From: a virus
Reading direction: 5' to 3' (one strand)
Virus record (IMG/VR): IMGVR_UViG_3300020439_002657
Span: 7,573-71,572 of that record
Length of the DNA stretch: 64,000 nt
The notes beneath the pieces were generated by a model. That model was given only the letters and a program-made list of their open reading frames with translations. It searched no databases and was not told the DNA's origin. Within the stretch, counting starts at the first letter, position 1. Each line of letters starts with the position of its first letter. Below, piece after piece: positions 27,322 through 36,062 of this stretch. Made by a program: the position numbers and the translations under genes.

Positions 27322-28743
27322 TTAGATAACTGGCATGTTCTTGAATACGACGAACTTCTCTTCGGCGAAGAGCTGGATGGTTGTGAAATACTCCACCATG
27401 CCAACGTTCAGTCGCAGGCCGCCAACTCCCGGAGGGAATGTGGTTTTGAGCGGGCTCATAAGCTCACTCAGAACCATGGTTCTGGTTTCGTCGGAAGTGG
27501 ACCGGCTATTGAAGTCGCCCAGGACACCGACGCTGGTTCCGGGGATTGTCTCATTTACGTCCACAAAGGTAGTGTCACCGCTGGTTGCACGCTTTACACG
27601 GGCAATCTTGCGGAAATCTCCGTTGCCAGGAGCTGTCTCACGGAAGATCAGGAATGCCTCTGCGAAGTTGCCTCCTGCAGCCGGAGTGATGGTCAGTTCC
27701 ACGGCTCCATTTGCGGCTACTGTGGCGGATTGTGAGGTTGTGGCCTGAGAAGCACCTTTAGGGCCTACAGCGGCCACACGGTATGCTACGGTGCCAACGT
27801 CTCCAGCCTCCCATTTGGAGCCGGGTACGGACGGAGCCTGAGCAGCGACCGCCAGAGCAGGGGTATCCGGAGGAGCTTCACCTACGGCCTTTTCGACCAC
27901 GGAGTCGGTGGACCGGTCATAGTCCATTGGAACGCCGAAATTGCTTTCATCGATCCAGAGATCCGGTACATACTGAATCTTGTTGTTCAGTGCGAAGGAA
28001 GCCTTCTGGCCCTCCACAACTCGGCTGGCATACAGACCTGCACCGGTATTCTGGCCATCCAGGAAAATATACTGCTTATCACCGAGGTCTGCCTGATCAA
28101 ACAGGTTCTTGGAACCGACGGCCATGTGGAATTCGTTGGCCAGTCCGAAATATCTACTTCGAATCTGAGCTGCAAAATGCTGGATTACATCGGCACCGGG
28201 TAGCTGGCCACGACAATCGTAAACGAAGTCCGAGCCCAGTGAAGAGACCTTCTTAACGATTCCGTCCATTTCAACGGAAAGGGCGTCACGGTCACCATTC
28301 CAGAGGCCCCGGGACAGGGAAGTGAGCATCCGGCGCATGGCGGACGTGGACGATACCATTTCCGGGTCGTTTGTGTTCCTGGTTCGGGCAATTACGCGGT
28401 TGTATGTGAACCCTTCCGAAAGATACGCCATTTCATCGAACTTTCTTTTCAGGTATGCGTCAGCGAAGTGGGGATCCTCTGATTGCCCAACGAAAGAAGT
28501 GCGATACGGAGAGTCTCCGTGGCTTTTCATTTTGTTGTATTCGGCAATGGTCTGGTCCACCGATCGTTTCGGTAGCTTGTTCAGGAAAGCGAAGTCAACA
28601 TCGCTTGCTACGATGGAGGACATGGTTCCATCGATGTATTGCATACTGAGCGCCGGGCCGTCAAAGAGCTCGGCCACATCAGTAATCCCCGGATTGGCCT
28701 CAAAGGCCTTCTTAATCTCCAGTAGTTCGTTAAGTTCTCTCAT
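27322..28743 (-). CDS. Major capsid protein (Herelleviridae-like)
   Basis: 473 aa; IKK|AFEANPG, GPALSMQYIDGTM, GDRDAL..EMDGI, terminal FKN; strong SD; downstream terminator. Confidence 0.9.
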   Translation of the reverse strand: MRELNELLEIKKAFEANPGITDVAELFDGPALSMQYIDGTMSSIVASDVDFAFLNKLPKRSVDQTIAEYNKMKSHGDSPYRTSFVGQSEDPHFADAYLKRKFDEMAYLSEGFTYNRVIARTRNTNDPEMVSSTSAMRRMLTSLSRGLWNGDRDALSVEMDGIVKKVSSLGSDFVYDCRGQLPGADVIQHFAAQIRSRYFGLANEFHMAVGSKNLFDQADLGDKQYIFLDGQNTGAGLYASRVVEGQKASFALNNKIQYVPDLWIDESNFGVPMDYDRSTDSVVEKAVGEAPPDTPALAVAAQAPSVPGSKWEAGDVGTVAYRVAAVGPKGASQATTSQSATVAANGAVELTITPAAGGNFAEAFLIFRETAPGNGDFRKIARVKRATSGDTTFVDVNETIPGTSVGVLGDFNSRSTSDETRTMVLSELMSPLKTTFPPGVGGLRLNVGMVEYFTTIQLFAEEKFVVFKNMPVI

Positions 28744-28775
28744 TTCTATCCTCTCTGTTGTCGCGCTTTCAGGGA

Positions 28776-29462
28776 TCAGGCTCCTGCCTTATTGATGTAT
28801 TGCTTTGCTTTGTCGGTGAGCACTCGACCCACTTCGAAGGCAGTCATGTCTTCAGTGGTAAGCTCACCGGCCTGGACTCCTTTCAGAATCAGGGTCTTTG
28901 TTTCGGAGGTGGATCTGCCGCTCTCCTGGCCAGCACCGGGGGCCACTTGCTCAACCGTACTCTTGCGAACTGGCTTGCCGAGGTATTCATCCACCTGGCT
29001 TTTCAAGACAGCATTCTCCTTGCGGGTTGCCTGCAGCTCGTCCAGGATATGAGTAAGGCCATAACCGAGAACACTCAGGGCCTCTTCGATTCGCTCCATG
29101 GACTTCTGAATGGGGATCTGGTCCGAATTGGCTTCATCCTGGGTCGGATCCTTTGACTTGTTGACGTCTCCTTTGTCCCCGGACCCGTCGCCTTCTCCGG
29201 ATTTTGGATCATCCTCGGAGAAATAGGCATCTATGATATCTTTGGCAAAATCTCCGGCCTCAGATTCGTCGACACCGTTAGATACCAGGAAGTCCTTAAC
29301 GGAATCTGCGTCCGGTTCAATTTCGCCGTTTTCCATTTTGTTAGCGGCCTGCATTGCCAGGTCCTCGATGGATCCGCCGCCTTTATCGCCGGAGGTCGGA
29401 TCGTTCGCTTTGCGAACGCTTAAAGATTGAATCTTTCCAATTAATTCTTCTGCCCATTTCAT
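28776..29462 (-). CDS. Putative scaffolding protein
   Basis: Acidic, coiled-coil, between protease and capsid; many KS/KA sites (VRKA, VNKS, IQKS, VLKS, PVRKS). Confidence 0.75.
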   Translation of the reverse strand: MKWAEELIGKIQSLSVRKANDPTSGDKGGGSIEDLAMQAANKMENGEIEPDADSVKDFLVSNGVDESEAGDFAKDIIDAYFSEDDPKSGEGDGSGDKGDVNKSKDPTQDEANSDQIPIQKSMERIEEALSVLGYGLTHILDELQATRKENAVLKSQVDEYLGKPVRKSTVEQVAPGAGQESGRSTSETKTLILKGVQAGELTTEDMTAFEVGRVLTDKAKQYINKAGA

Positions 29463-29498
29463 AAGTTCAGTGTCTCCTCTTCTCTGGACTCTCAGGAG

Positions 29499-30365
29499 CT
29501 ATGCCGCTCCAAAGTTACCTGTTAGCAGTACGCCGTTGGCGACTTGCTTGGCTAAATCCGTATCAAAGCCAAAGCTATCGGTCAAAAAGCTGACTATGGG
29601 ATCGGGTTGCAGGGGCAGGGTGCCGCATTTGATCGCATCCACCACTTCACGAGCGATAGCTTCCTGCATGGATGGTTGCGAAAGGACCAATCGCGTGAGC
29701 CGACCGACCTGCATCTGTAGATCCTGAATTATCTGGTCACGGATTTCTGTATCGGGCAAGGTGTCGGTTGCGCCCGTCTGCTCTTCGGTGTAGTAGTCCT
29801 CACCGGCCTTGATCAGCTGAATGAGTTTAGACTTGGCCAGTTGAACGCTTGTATCCGGATTGATGACTTCCTGGAGCGGGGCGATTGCGATCTTTTTCAG
29901 GAGCATCTTCTTGAAAGTGTTGCCTTCCAGGTCCCTCGGGCTCGCAAAACCAGAGATCGAAGCACCCCAGCCGGACCAGCCGGATTCAAGACCCTTGCGG
30001 ATTTCCTGGACGTATTCATTGTCTGCGAATAGATACCCCTGTGAATATACGCCATCATCCCCGACGAACAACGACTTGTCGGGATCGGGATATCCAATGA
30101 TGGCTCTTGCTTTGGCCTTCTGCAGCTCCACAAGTTCGGTGCCGGAGACACCTTTCATCTGTTTGTCCAGAATATCTGTTATGTGGTTATAGTCGTAGTA
30201 GCCTTCCCTGGAAAACGACCGTTGCATGTCCGGGTCTGCAAACGCGCTCTTTAGGACACGCTCGCCGTGCCGGTCTTCTCCTTCAGTGGAGGCTCGAATC
30301 AGAACTTTCAGCCGTCCGGAATTCTCTTCGGCTTTGATAATATGGCAGGGATGGGTAAATTCCAT
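29499..30365 (-). CDS. Prohead protease
   Basis: ASTEGEDRHGERV, DYNH, GASISG, IAIAP..VINPDT: HK97-like (U35/S78) protease pattern. Confidence 0.85.
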   Translation of the reverse strand: MEFTHPCHIIKAEENSGRLKVLIRASTEGEDRHGERVLKSAFADPDMQRSFSREGYYDYNHITDILDKQMKGVSGTELVELQKAKARAIIGYPDPDKSLFVGDDGVYSQGYLFADNEYVQEIRKGLESGWSGWGASISGFASPRDLEGNTFKKMLLKKIAIAPLQEVINPDTSVQLAKSKLIQLIKAGEDYYTEEQTGATDTLPDTEIRDQIIQDLQMQVGRLTRLVLSQPSMQEAIAREVVDAIKCGTLPLQPDPIVSFLTDSFGFDTDLAKQVANGVLLTGNFGAA

Positions 30366-30400
30366 GCCTGCATTTGGGCTGGTTTTTTACTATCGGGCAA
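30366..30400 (-). promoter_or_regulatory. Putative phage late promoter (head operon)
   Basis: TTGCCC gatagtaaaaaaccagc CCAAAT gcaggc ATG. Confidence 0.7.
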
Positions 30401-30409
30401 GATCCCGGA

Positions 30410-30790
30410 TTATCCGACGCGTACCACGGCAAAGACGGTAGCCTTACCGATTACTGCACCAGGAGCGTTTATGTAAGCGTTGATTGTTGATGTGCCAAGG
30501 GTAATCCCGTAAACATCGATCATGTAGAGCCCCTCTTGATTCAGGTCGATTGAATCCGCGTCCGCATAGAGGTCTGAATCGCTGTTATTGCCGATTGTCA
30601 TGCTGGCGGGCACGTCCCAGGGCGTTTCTACGCGGACACATAAGGCAACAATAACCGAATCATTAGGCAGGGCGTCTCCAACGGCAACGTTCGTCGCATT
30701 GTATGAGACTTCCCCTCTGGCAAGGGTAAGCTGAGCAAACATTTCTTCTATCTCGTAGTCCTCCGGGATATATGGCCCGATGTATGGCAT
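30410..30790 (-). CDS. Small beta-rich structural protein (possible head decoration)
   Basis: 126 aa; LPNDSVIV..VRVETPW...MTIG..SDSDLY pattern. Confidence 0.6.
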   Translation of the reverse strand: MPYIGPYIPEDYEIEEMFAQLTLARGEVSYNATNVAVGDALPNDSVIVALCVRVETPWDVPASMTIGNNSDSDLYADADSIDLNQEGLYMIDVYGITLGTSTINAYINAPGAVIGKATVFAVVRVG

Positions 30791-30825
30791 CCGTTAGAGT
30801 GCCCTCCAAATCTGGAATCGGTCAA
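30791..30825 (-). promoter_or_regulatory. Putative phage late promoter
   Basis: TTGACC gattccagatttggaggg CACTCT aacgg ATG (29 nt; also contains GGAGG). Confidence 0.55.
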
Positions 30826-32309
30826 GAGGATGCGTCTGACGACGGATTTTCCTTTGCTGGAGAGCTCGGAGATGGAATCCCGGAAAGCCGATCAATCCAT
30901 TTCAGGGATACGCTGCTGGAGGCTTCGGCCTCCTGGATGCTGAATGTGTCCTTGACCTGGGTTACATAGCCATAGGAGCCGTAATCCTTCTTTACGGATT
31001 TCGGAGTTTCTATTTTGTAGGGTTGTCCCACCCGGAAGAAATCGAAAGTACAGCTTGCCGAGACGCTGGCATTGCGGCGCGGCACTTTGTTGTCGCAGAA
31101 GATCGCAAATAGCCTGTCCTGGATCTTCGAGAGTGCGTCTGTGATTTGATCCGGTTCCATATCGCCCGGTTTGATGCCATCCATCTTTATCTGGAGTGGA
31201 CGATGGCCATGGGTAGCCCCCAGAAGCCCGGACCATTTAGGTTTAAAAACGACTGCATTGGCCCCGAGATCAAAGGCCGTAAGCCCCACATGCACCCCGG
31301 TGTATATGTCCGAGTCTTTGTGGCTGTAATTCAACTGGTGGATGTCCGTAATTGTTTCCGGCGGTTCGATCCATTTACCGGACTGGTCAAACATATCGAA
31401 AAAGGGGGTCTTGCGGAAAATAAATAGTCCCTGCGAATTCTTGACCGTGTAATTTGTTTCCTCGTCGAGCACCCCGTTGCCCTGGAGTGGATCGAAAAAC
31501 CACTCATACAGCGGGGCGGTGGCCAGACTTGAGATGATCTGGTAGAAATTGGGGCTATTTCCAATAGATATCTGATTCAGGAAGCTAAAGAAAGAGATGA
31601 ACTGCTCGGTGTAAGAGGGAGTAGAAAATACTTTCAGCGTCGACAAAGCGTCCTGTGATCCAGATGCACTGTAAGGTGCAGGGGCATCCAAATCCAACAC
31701 ATTGCTATATAATGGAACGGCCCCTACGAGGCGCTTCCCTCCGAAAACCACGGTCCGTGTGCCATACTGTTCGGGGTTCATGAGCGTTACTATGATCTCA
31801 TTCCAGAAGTTTTCAATCAGGCGCTTCAGCGACTTCACTCCACCCTTGAAGGACTCTCCGAACTGCATTAAAGCCCTGGGGAATGACCCCTCCGGCAAGC
31901 CCGCAGCCTCCTCCGGAGTGAGCTTCTTTGCTCCGTTGGGTAACGAAATGAAATAGACCTGGTTCTGGAGCTTTCCGTCCAGTGTAACCAGTTCCGGACT
32001 CCAGGATTCTTCACCCTTCGCATGAATGGTTGTCGACGCGGAACTGACATGGCAGAGGTTTAATTGTCTCCATTCATCCCCCGGCTTGCGCTTTACCTGG
32101 AGTTGGACCACGGTCTGATCCGTCAGGAGATCCATGACCTTCCGGATTTCTCCCGGGGCCACGCCACGAGTAAAGGTCAGACTGATTGATCCGGGACCGA
32201 AGCCCCGGTTAGAGCTGATCTTTGTAATCGGATCCAGAGGCACCTCCACTGGCTCCTTATCAAAGGGGCGGTAAGCCATAAGTCGAACTCTGGGTGAGAT
32301 AAAGGCCAT
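30822..32309 (-). CDS. Putative baseplate hub protein
   Basis: 495 aa at end of baseplate operon; PLYEWFFD, IFRKTPF, FRVGQ...GYVTQVKDTF pattern of gp27/gpD-like hubs. Confidence 0.6.
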   Translation of the reverse strand: MAFISPRVRLMAYRPFDKEPVEVPLDPITKISSNRGFGPGSISLTFTRGVAPGEIRKVMDLLTDQTVVQLQVKRKPGDEWRQLNLCHVSSASTTIHAKGEESWSPELVTLDGKLQNQVYFISLPNGAKKLTPEEAAGLPEGSFPRALMQFGESFKGGVKSLKRLIENFWNEIIVTLMNPEQYGTRTVVFGGKRLVGAVPLYSNVLDLDAPAPYSASGSQDALSTLKVFSTPSYTEQFISFFSFLNQISIGNSPNFYQIISSLATAPLYEWFFDPLQGNGVLDEETNYTVKNSQGLFIFRKTPFFDMFDQSGKWIEPPETITDIHQLNYSHKDSDIYTGVHVGLTAFDLGANAVVFKPKWSGLLGATHGHRPLQIKMDGIKPGDMEPDQITDALSKIQDRLFAIFCDNKVPRRNASVSASCTFDFFRVGQPYKIETPKSVKKDYGSYGYVTQVKDTFSIQEAEASSSVSLKWIDRLSGIPSPSSPAKENPSSDASS

Positions 32310-32312
32310 CAG

Positions 32313-32570
32313 CTACTCCCAGAAGCCCGCCGGGCACTTCTCCCATGGAACCGCAGTCTTAGCCCGAACGAAACAAGCACAGAGTCCGCATTGTTCCATC
32401 TTCGAGACTTTGACGTATCGCTTCAATGCCGGACACTTCAGGCAGATTGCAAGACGTTCATTCCGCCTATCCCTGAACCCTTCCTGGATGGGTGCTGTTG
32501 TATTTTTCCGGCAATCTCTGGATTCGGCTGCGACCACCGGTGCCGAGCTGCCGCACTTCCCGCAGGCCAT
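32313..32570 (-). CDS. Small Cys-rich protein (DUF6171-like)
   Basis: ERLAICLKCP...QCGLCACFVRAKT....CPAGFW. Confidence 0.7.
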   Translation of the reverse strand: MACGKCGSSAPVVAAESRDCRKNTTAPIQEGFRDRRNERLAICLKCPALKRYVKVSKMEQCGLCACFVRAKTAVPWEKCPAGFWE

Positions 32571-32572
32571 GA

Positions 32573-32893
32573 CTATTCTCTCGGTTGCGCTTTGGCCGCC
32601 AGGGCTTTCGTCTTCGTTGCAATCGCCTTCACGGTTTTGGCTGCATCTTTCAGGGCCGTTTCTCTGTCCTTACCCTTCATCACATCATTAAAGACCAGTT
32701 GGCTCATATACTGAAATACCTGGCTTTCGCCAAGCTCCTCTGAGTCAAGCTCTGAGGCCAACTTCTTCGATGTGTCGACTATGCCGGAAACGGTTTCCTC
32801 GGCCTGCTCCAGAGCCTTTTCACGGGTCTGGCCCTTAGCCGTCGCATTGAAGACCATCTGGCTCATATATTGAAATATCTGTGATTCGTTCAT
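32573..32893 (-). CDS. Two-repeat helical hypothetical protein
   Basis: ESQ[IV]FQYMSQ[ML]VFN...KGxxRExAL twice; AGGAGAG SD. Confidence 0.75.
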   Translation of the reverse strand: MNESQIFQYMSQMVFNATAKGQTREKALEQAEETVSGIVDTSKKLASELDSEELGESQVFQYMSQLVFNDVMKGKDRETALKDAAKTVKAIATKTKALAAKAQPRE

Positions 32894-32949
32894 TTTTCTC
32901 TCCTTTTCCCGGCATCACCGGCTTCTAAAATCAAGCTATTGAAATACGC

Positions 32950-33456
32950 CTATGAATAAACAAGGCCATCAACCACGGACTGGTAGCGAAAGACCCATCC
33001 GTGCATAGGGTTCGCGGGGTCGAATTCGATCCCGTTCAATTCCTGCCATTCGGCAGGACGATATTCGTATACATTATAGCGAGTTTTCCAATCCGGATTG
33101 TAGCAAAGTTTATAGAAGTTGCTTTCGCACCCAAGGCCACATGCTCTCGATTCAAAATACCATCCTTTGAATGGCTGAAGACCTTCAACATTGCAGTATT
33201 CTACGCCATCCGGAAGGGTTACACTACAACGGAAACACCCCAAAAAAGGATCGCCCCCACCGGGGCAGCAGCCGAGAAGGCACCCTCCGTATCCGAACCC
33301 GGTTTCCTGGCAACGAACAGAGGAGCCCCCGGCATCGAATTGACTCTCCACCGCGAACCATTGATCGCCGACGCTATAGGCTCCCTGCGGAAACACATCG
33401 TATCTGGCTGTGCTGACATTGCCCTCCCAATGCCCGTTGAAGCCCCCGCCCGCCAC
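32950..33456 (-). CDS. Cys/Gly-rich domain, probably a -1 frameshift extension of the upstream gene
   Basis: No SD at GTG 33456; frame is open back across the slippery heptamer at 33480-33486. Confidence 0.6.
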   Translation of the reverse strand: MAGGGFNGHWEGNVSTARYDVFPQGAYSVGDQWFAVESQFDAGGSSVRCQETGFGYGGCLLGCCPGGGDPFLGCFRCSVTLPDGVEYCNVEGLQPFKGWYFESRACGLGCESNFYKLCYNPDWKTRYNVYEYRPAEWQELNGIEFDPANPMHGWVFRYQSVVDGLVYS

Positions 33457-33486
33457 CGGGCCAGACGAGGGCGTTATGCGAAAGGG
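33442..33486 (-). other. Candidate -1 programmed ribosomal frameshift signal
   Basis: C CCU UUC heptamer, 7-nt spacer containing the frame-0 stop, 11-bp stem GCCCUCGUCUG/CGGGCGGGGGC. Confidence 0.7.
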
Positions 33487-34247
33487 CGCCAGGTACTCCC
33501 ATCGTTAGACCAGTAGAGATAATTTCCATCCTGCCGGAAGAATACCTGGTTTCCTGGAGGACCTGGAAGACTCGTTCGGATAAAGTTTTTCAGATCATCC
33601 GCCGACTGCCGTTCTGCTATTTCCGTTGATAGTTCGCTGAAAAGCTGGGAAATATTGTCGGTCACGGTAATCAGATCAAAGTCCGTCTGGATCTGGAGCT
33701 GGACATCGTCAATCGCCTGAAATGCGGCCAGCTTTTGATATCTTAAAAGCTCAAACCGGCCCGGGGTGACAGCCGGGTAGCTGGCCGACGTATTGTATTT
33801 CTCGTAGACTTTGATCCCGAATCTTTTTCGGGTCGGGCTCATGGCAGGATCCGCTTCCTCTGTGGCAGCGTTCCAGAAGTCGCGGGCCTCCTCGTCCACA
33901 ATCTCTTCCACAAATTCGCATTCATAGATGCCATAGTGGGCTTCCGGGGTCGGCGTCAAAGTGGTCGGGGCTATTTGAAAGACTGCCTCTTCCGTGATAA
34001 TGACACCACGCTGAACGGTTATTTCCGTAGAGGTAAATGAAGGTGGCTTGAATCCCAGATAGCAAGTGTCCGTTAGATCCTTGCCAATGATCGCTCTTGC
34101 AACCAGGGTTGCGATTTTAAGCTGAGAACCCTCGAAGTTCACTCCGGTCGCCGTGTTAATGTCATCAGACTCAATCTTTCTGAGCGGTTCCACATAGAGG
34201 ATCTTAACTTCATTATCTTGAGAGGGGATTTCCACCGTTGTCATCAA
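33474..34247 (-). CDS. Baseplate wedge/fibre-attachment protein
   Basis: Follows baseplate J and I-like genes; ends with beta-rich YLYWSNDGSTW. Confidence 0.6.
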   Translation of the reverse strand: MMTTVEIPSQDNEVKILYVEPLRKIESDDINTATGVNFEGSQLKIATLVARAIIGKDLTDTCYLGFKPPSFTSTEITVQRGVIITEEAVFQIAPTTLTPTPEAHYGIYECEFVEEIVDEEARDFWNAATEEADPAMSPTRKRFGIKVYEKYNTSASYPAVTPGRFELLRYQKLAAFQAIDDVQLQIQTDFDLITVTDNISQLFSELSTEIAERQSADDLKNFIRTSLPGPPGNQVFFRQDGNYLYWSNDGSTWRPFA

Positions 34248-34831
34248 TAGACTCCTGCGTAGACCGCGAATCCGGCGGCCAGGGTATCATACAATTTCTT
34301 CTTAATCTCGGAGCCGATATGGTCCGGATCCTTTACGTAGACATAGATTGAGTTGGTACCGAACGTAAGAACTGAGCTCGCCATACGAACTTTCGTCTTT
34401 TTGGGGTCCTGAACACCCACATTGTAGTAACAAACATCCAGGAATGCCCCGACCTGTGCGCAGCCGAAGACCTGATACTTTGGCTCCGGAAAGATGCTCA
34501 CCAGTGCCGGTCGGGCTGAGCTTACGGAGAGGATGCGGCCAATCATGTATCCGATGAAGTCTTCATCGGACATCGATGAAGGTCGCGGTATCCCATAGAT
34601 ATCCGCCCACTTTCGTAGAAATATTCCCCGCGCATTCCGAAGATCCACTTCATGCACGGCCCGCCGTTGGAAGCGGAGGTGCCATTCGATACTGTTTTCA
34701 ATAGCACCCTTGTTAATATCGTTGATTGCCTGGACCGGATCCAGTTCGTTCCTGTTCGGATCGCCGACCAGGTCACGAAACACAGGTCCGGTTTGATTAA
34801 AGAAGGGCAGTAGCTGAAAGATTTCGCTCAC
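34244..34831 (-). CDS. Baseplate wedge subunit (gpI-like)
   Basis: LRNARGIFLRKWADIYGIPR...SDEDF..Y..RIL motif; AAG near C-terminus. Confidence 0.8.
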   Translation of the reverse strand: MSEIFQLLPFFNQTGPVFRDLVGDPNRNELDPVQAINDINKGAIENSIEWHLRFQRRAVHEVDLRNARGIFLRKWADIYGIPRPSSMSDEDFIGYMIGRILSVSSARPALVSIFPEPKYQVFGCAQVGAFLDVCYYNVGVQDPKKTKVRMASSVLTFGTNSIYVYVKDPDHIGSEIKKKLYDTLAAGFAVYAGVY

Positions 34832-35976
34832 TCGGGGACCTCCCGAGGCAGCGCGGTTCCCGAAATAGTTCCCCCGGAGGCCCCTCCGATCCGTGGCAGG
34901 TCTTGATCTTGAATCACGATATCTGATCCTGGAGACAGTAGATTCAATCTCAGGATATCTGGATGAGCCGTTAGCATCCGGGCCTGAAGCGTTTCGAATA
35001 GCACGTCCTGGCCGATAGGAAGGGAGTTGATATATCCGATTGCCGCCTGCTCAATTTTCTCTTCCGCTTCCTGGTCTGTCAGGGAGCTTCCTTCTACAAG
35101 GACGTATTCATAGGATACATTAACGGCCGTCACCTCAACCGAGCCAACGTAGACTCTGGCCCCACCCGCCGCATACCCCAGGTAGTCTGGATGGTTCAGT
35201 TCGCCGACGACTACCTTCTTCACTTCATCAAGCAACGATTGTGGAGGGCTCGAGGTTCCATCCGACACATAGACATTGACCCATCCGGTCTGAGGCAAAA
35301 GAGAAATAGGGTTGATGTTGTCGTTTACTACGGCTCCGGCCACACCGGGGATAGAAATGACCGCATTGTATATACCCCGCAGGGTGCTACGGCCCAGGTT
35401 GTTGATGAAATCCCTGAATCGACCAGCTCGCGATTCCTCCGTCTCAAGCTGGGTGCCTCCCTCAAAAGGGGCCGGATTCCAGACCCGGGTTCCGGGTTCG
35501 ATCTGAGGGGATATCGTTCCACGACCATCCAGGGTATCGATCTCCCCGGCGCGAATATTTCCGGAAACGCCGGGCTCTATGGCCCGGGCTTCTACCAGAA
35601 CCACATTCTGGCCGACGGGAAGCGTAATAGGTTCCACGGTCTCAAACCGCAGACCGAAAAGATCGATCGTAAAGATCGGATAATTGATTGCCTGGGTATG
35701 TCCGGATTTCTCCAGGCGGAGCAGTCCGGTTGCCTTTAGCCCCGGGAGGAGGGGAAAGCCAAACACTTCATAGACGGCATTTACAGCTTCCGCCTCGAAG
35801 CCCTGTAGTGTTTCCCGGTCTCCCCGGGCCAGGACGATGGCGATACCTTCCAGCAATGAGCCAATGCGGGATCCGGGACCGAAGTTGGACAGGCGCGAAG
35901 CTCTGGAGATCAGGTAGTTGACGAGTGCCTGGCGGTACTCTACGTCCGCACGCGGGATATATCTGCTCAGCGCCAT
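34828..35976 (-). CDS. Baseplate J-like protein
   Basis: SNFGPGSRIGSLLE, EPGVSGNIRAGEI, GGTQLETEESRAGRF, IPGVAGA, GWVNVYV. Confidence 0.9.
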   Translation of the reverse strand: MALSRYIPRADVEYRQALVNYLISRASRLSNFGPGSRIGSLLEGIAIVLARGDRETLQGFEAEAVNAVYEVFGFPLLPGLKATGLLRLEKSGHTQAINYPIFTIDLFGLRFETVEPITLPVGQNVVLVEARAIEPGVSGNIRAGEIDTLDGRGTISPQIEPGTRVWNPAPFEGGTQLETEESRAGRFRDFINNLGRSTLRGIYNAVISIPGVAGAVVNDNINPISLLPQTGWVNVYVSDGTSSPPQSLLDEVKKVVVGELNHPDYLGYAAGGARVYVGSVEVTAVNVSYEYVLVEGSSLTDQEAEEKIEQAAIGYINSLPIGQDVLFETLQARMLTAHPDILRLNLLSPGSDIVIQDQDLPRIGGASGGTISGTALPREVPE

Positions 35977-36014
35977 TGCGCCCGATAATAATACGCTATA
36001 TTTTCATCGGGCAA
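35977..36014 (-). promoter_or_regulatory. Putative phage late promoter
   Basis: TTGCCC gatgaaaatatagcgtat TATTAT cgggcgca ATG; contains inverted GCCCGAT/ATCGGGC. Confidence 0.6.
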
Positions 36015-36027
36015 ACGGCTCGCTGCG

Positions 36028-36062
36028 TGGACCGATGGAGCCTGCAACTATAGACTCAATCC
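36028..36062 (+). promoter_or_regulatory. Putative phage late promoter
   Basis: TGGACC gatggagcctgcaacta TAGACT caatcc GTG. Confidence 0.75.
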
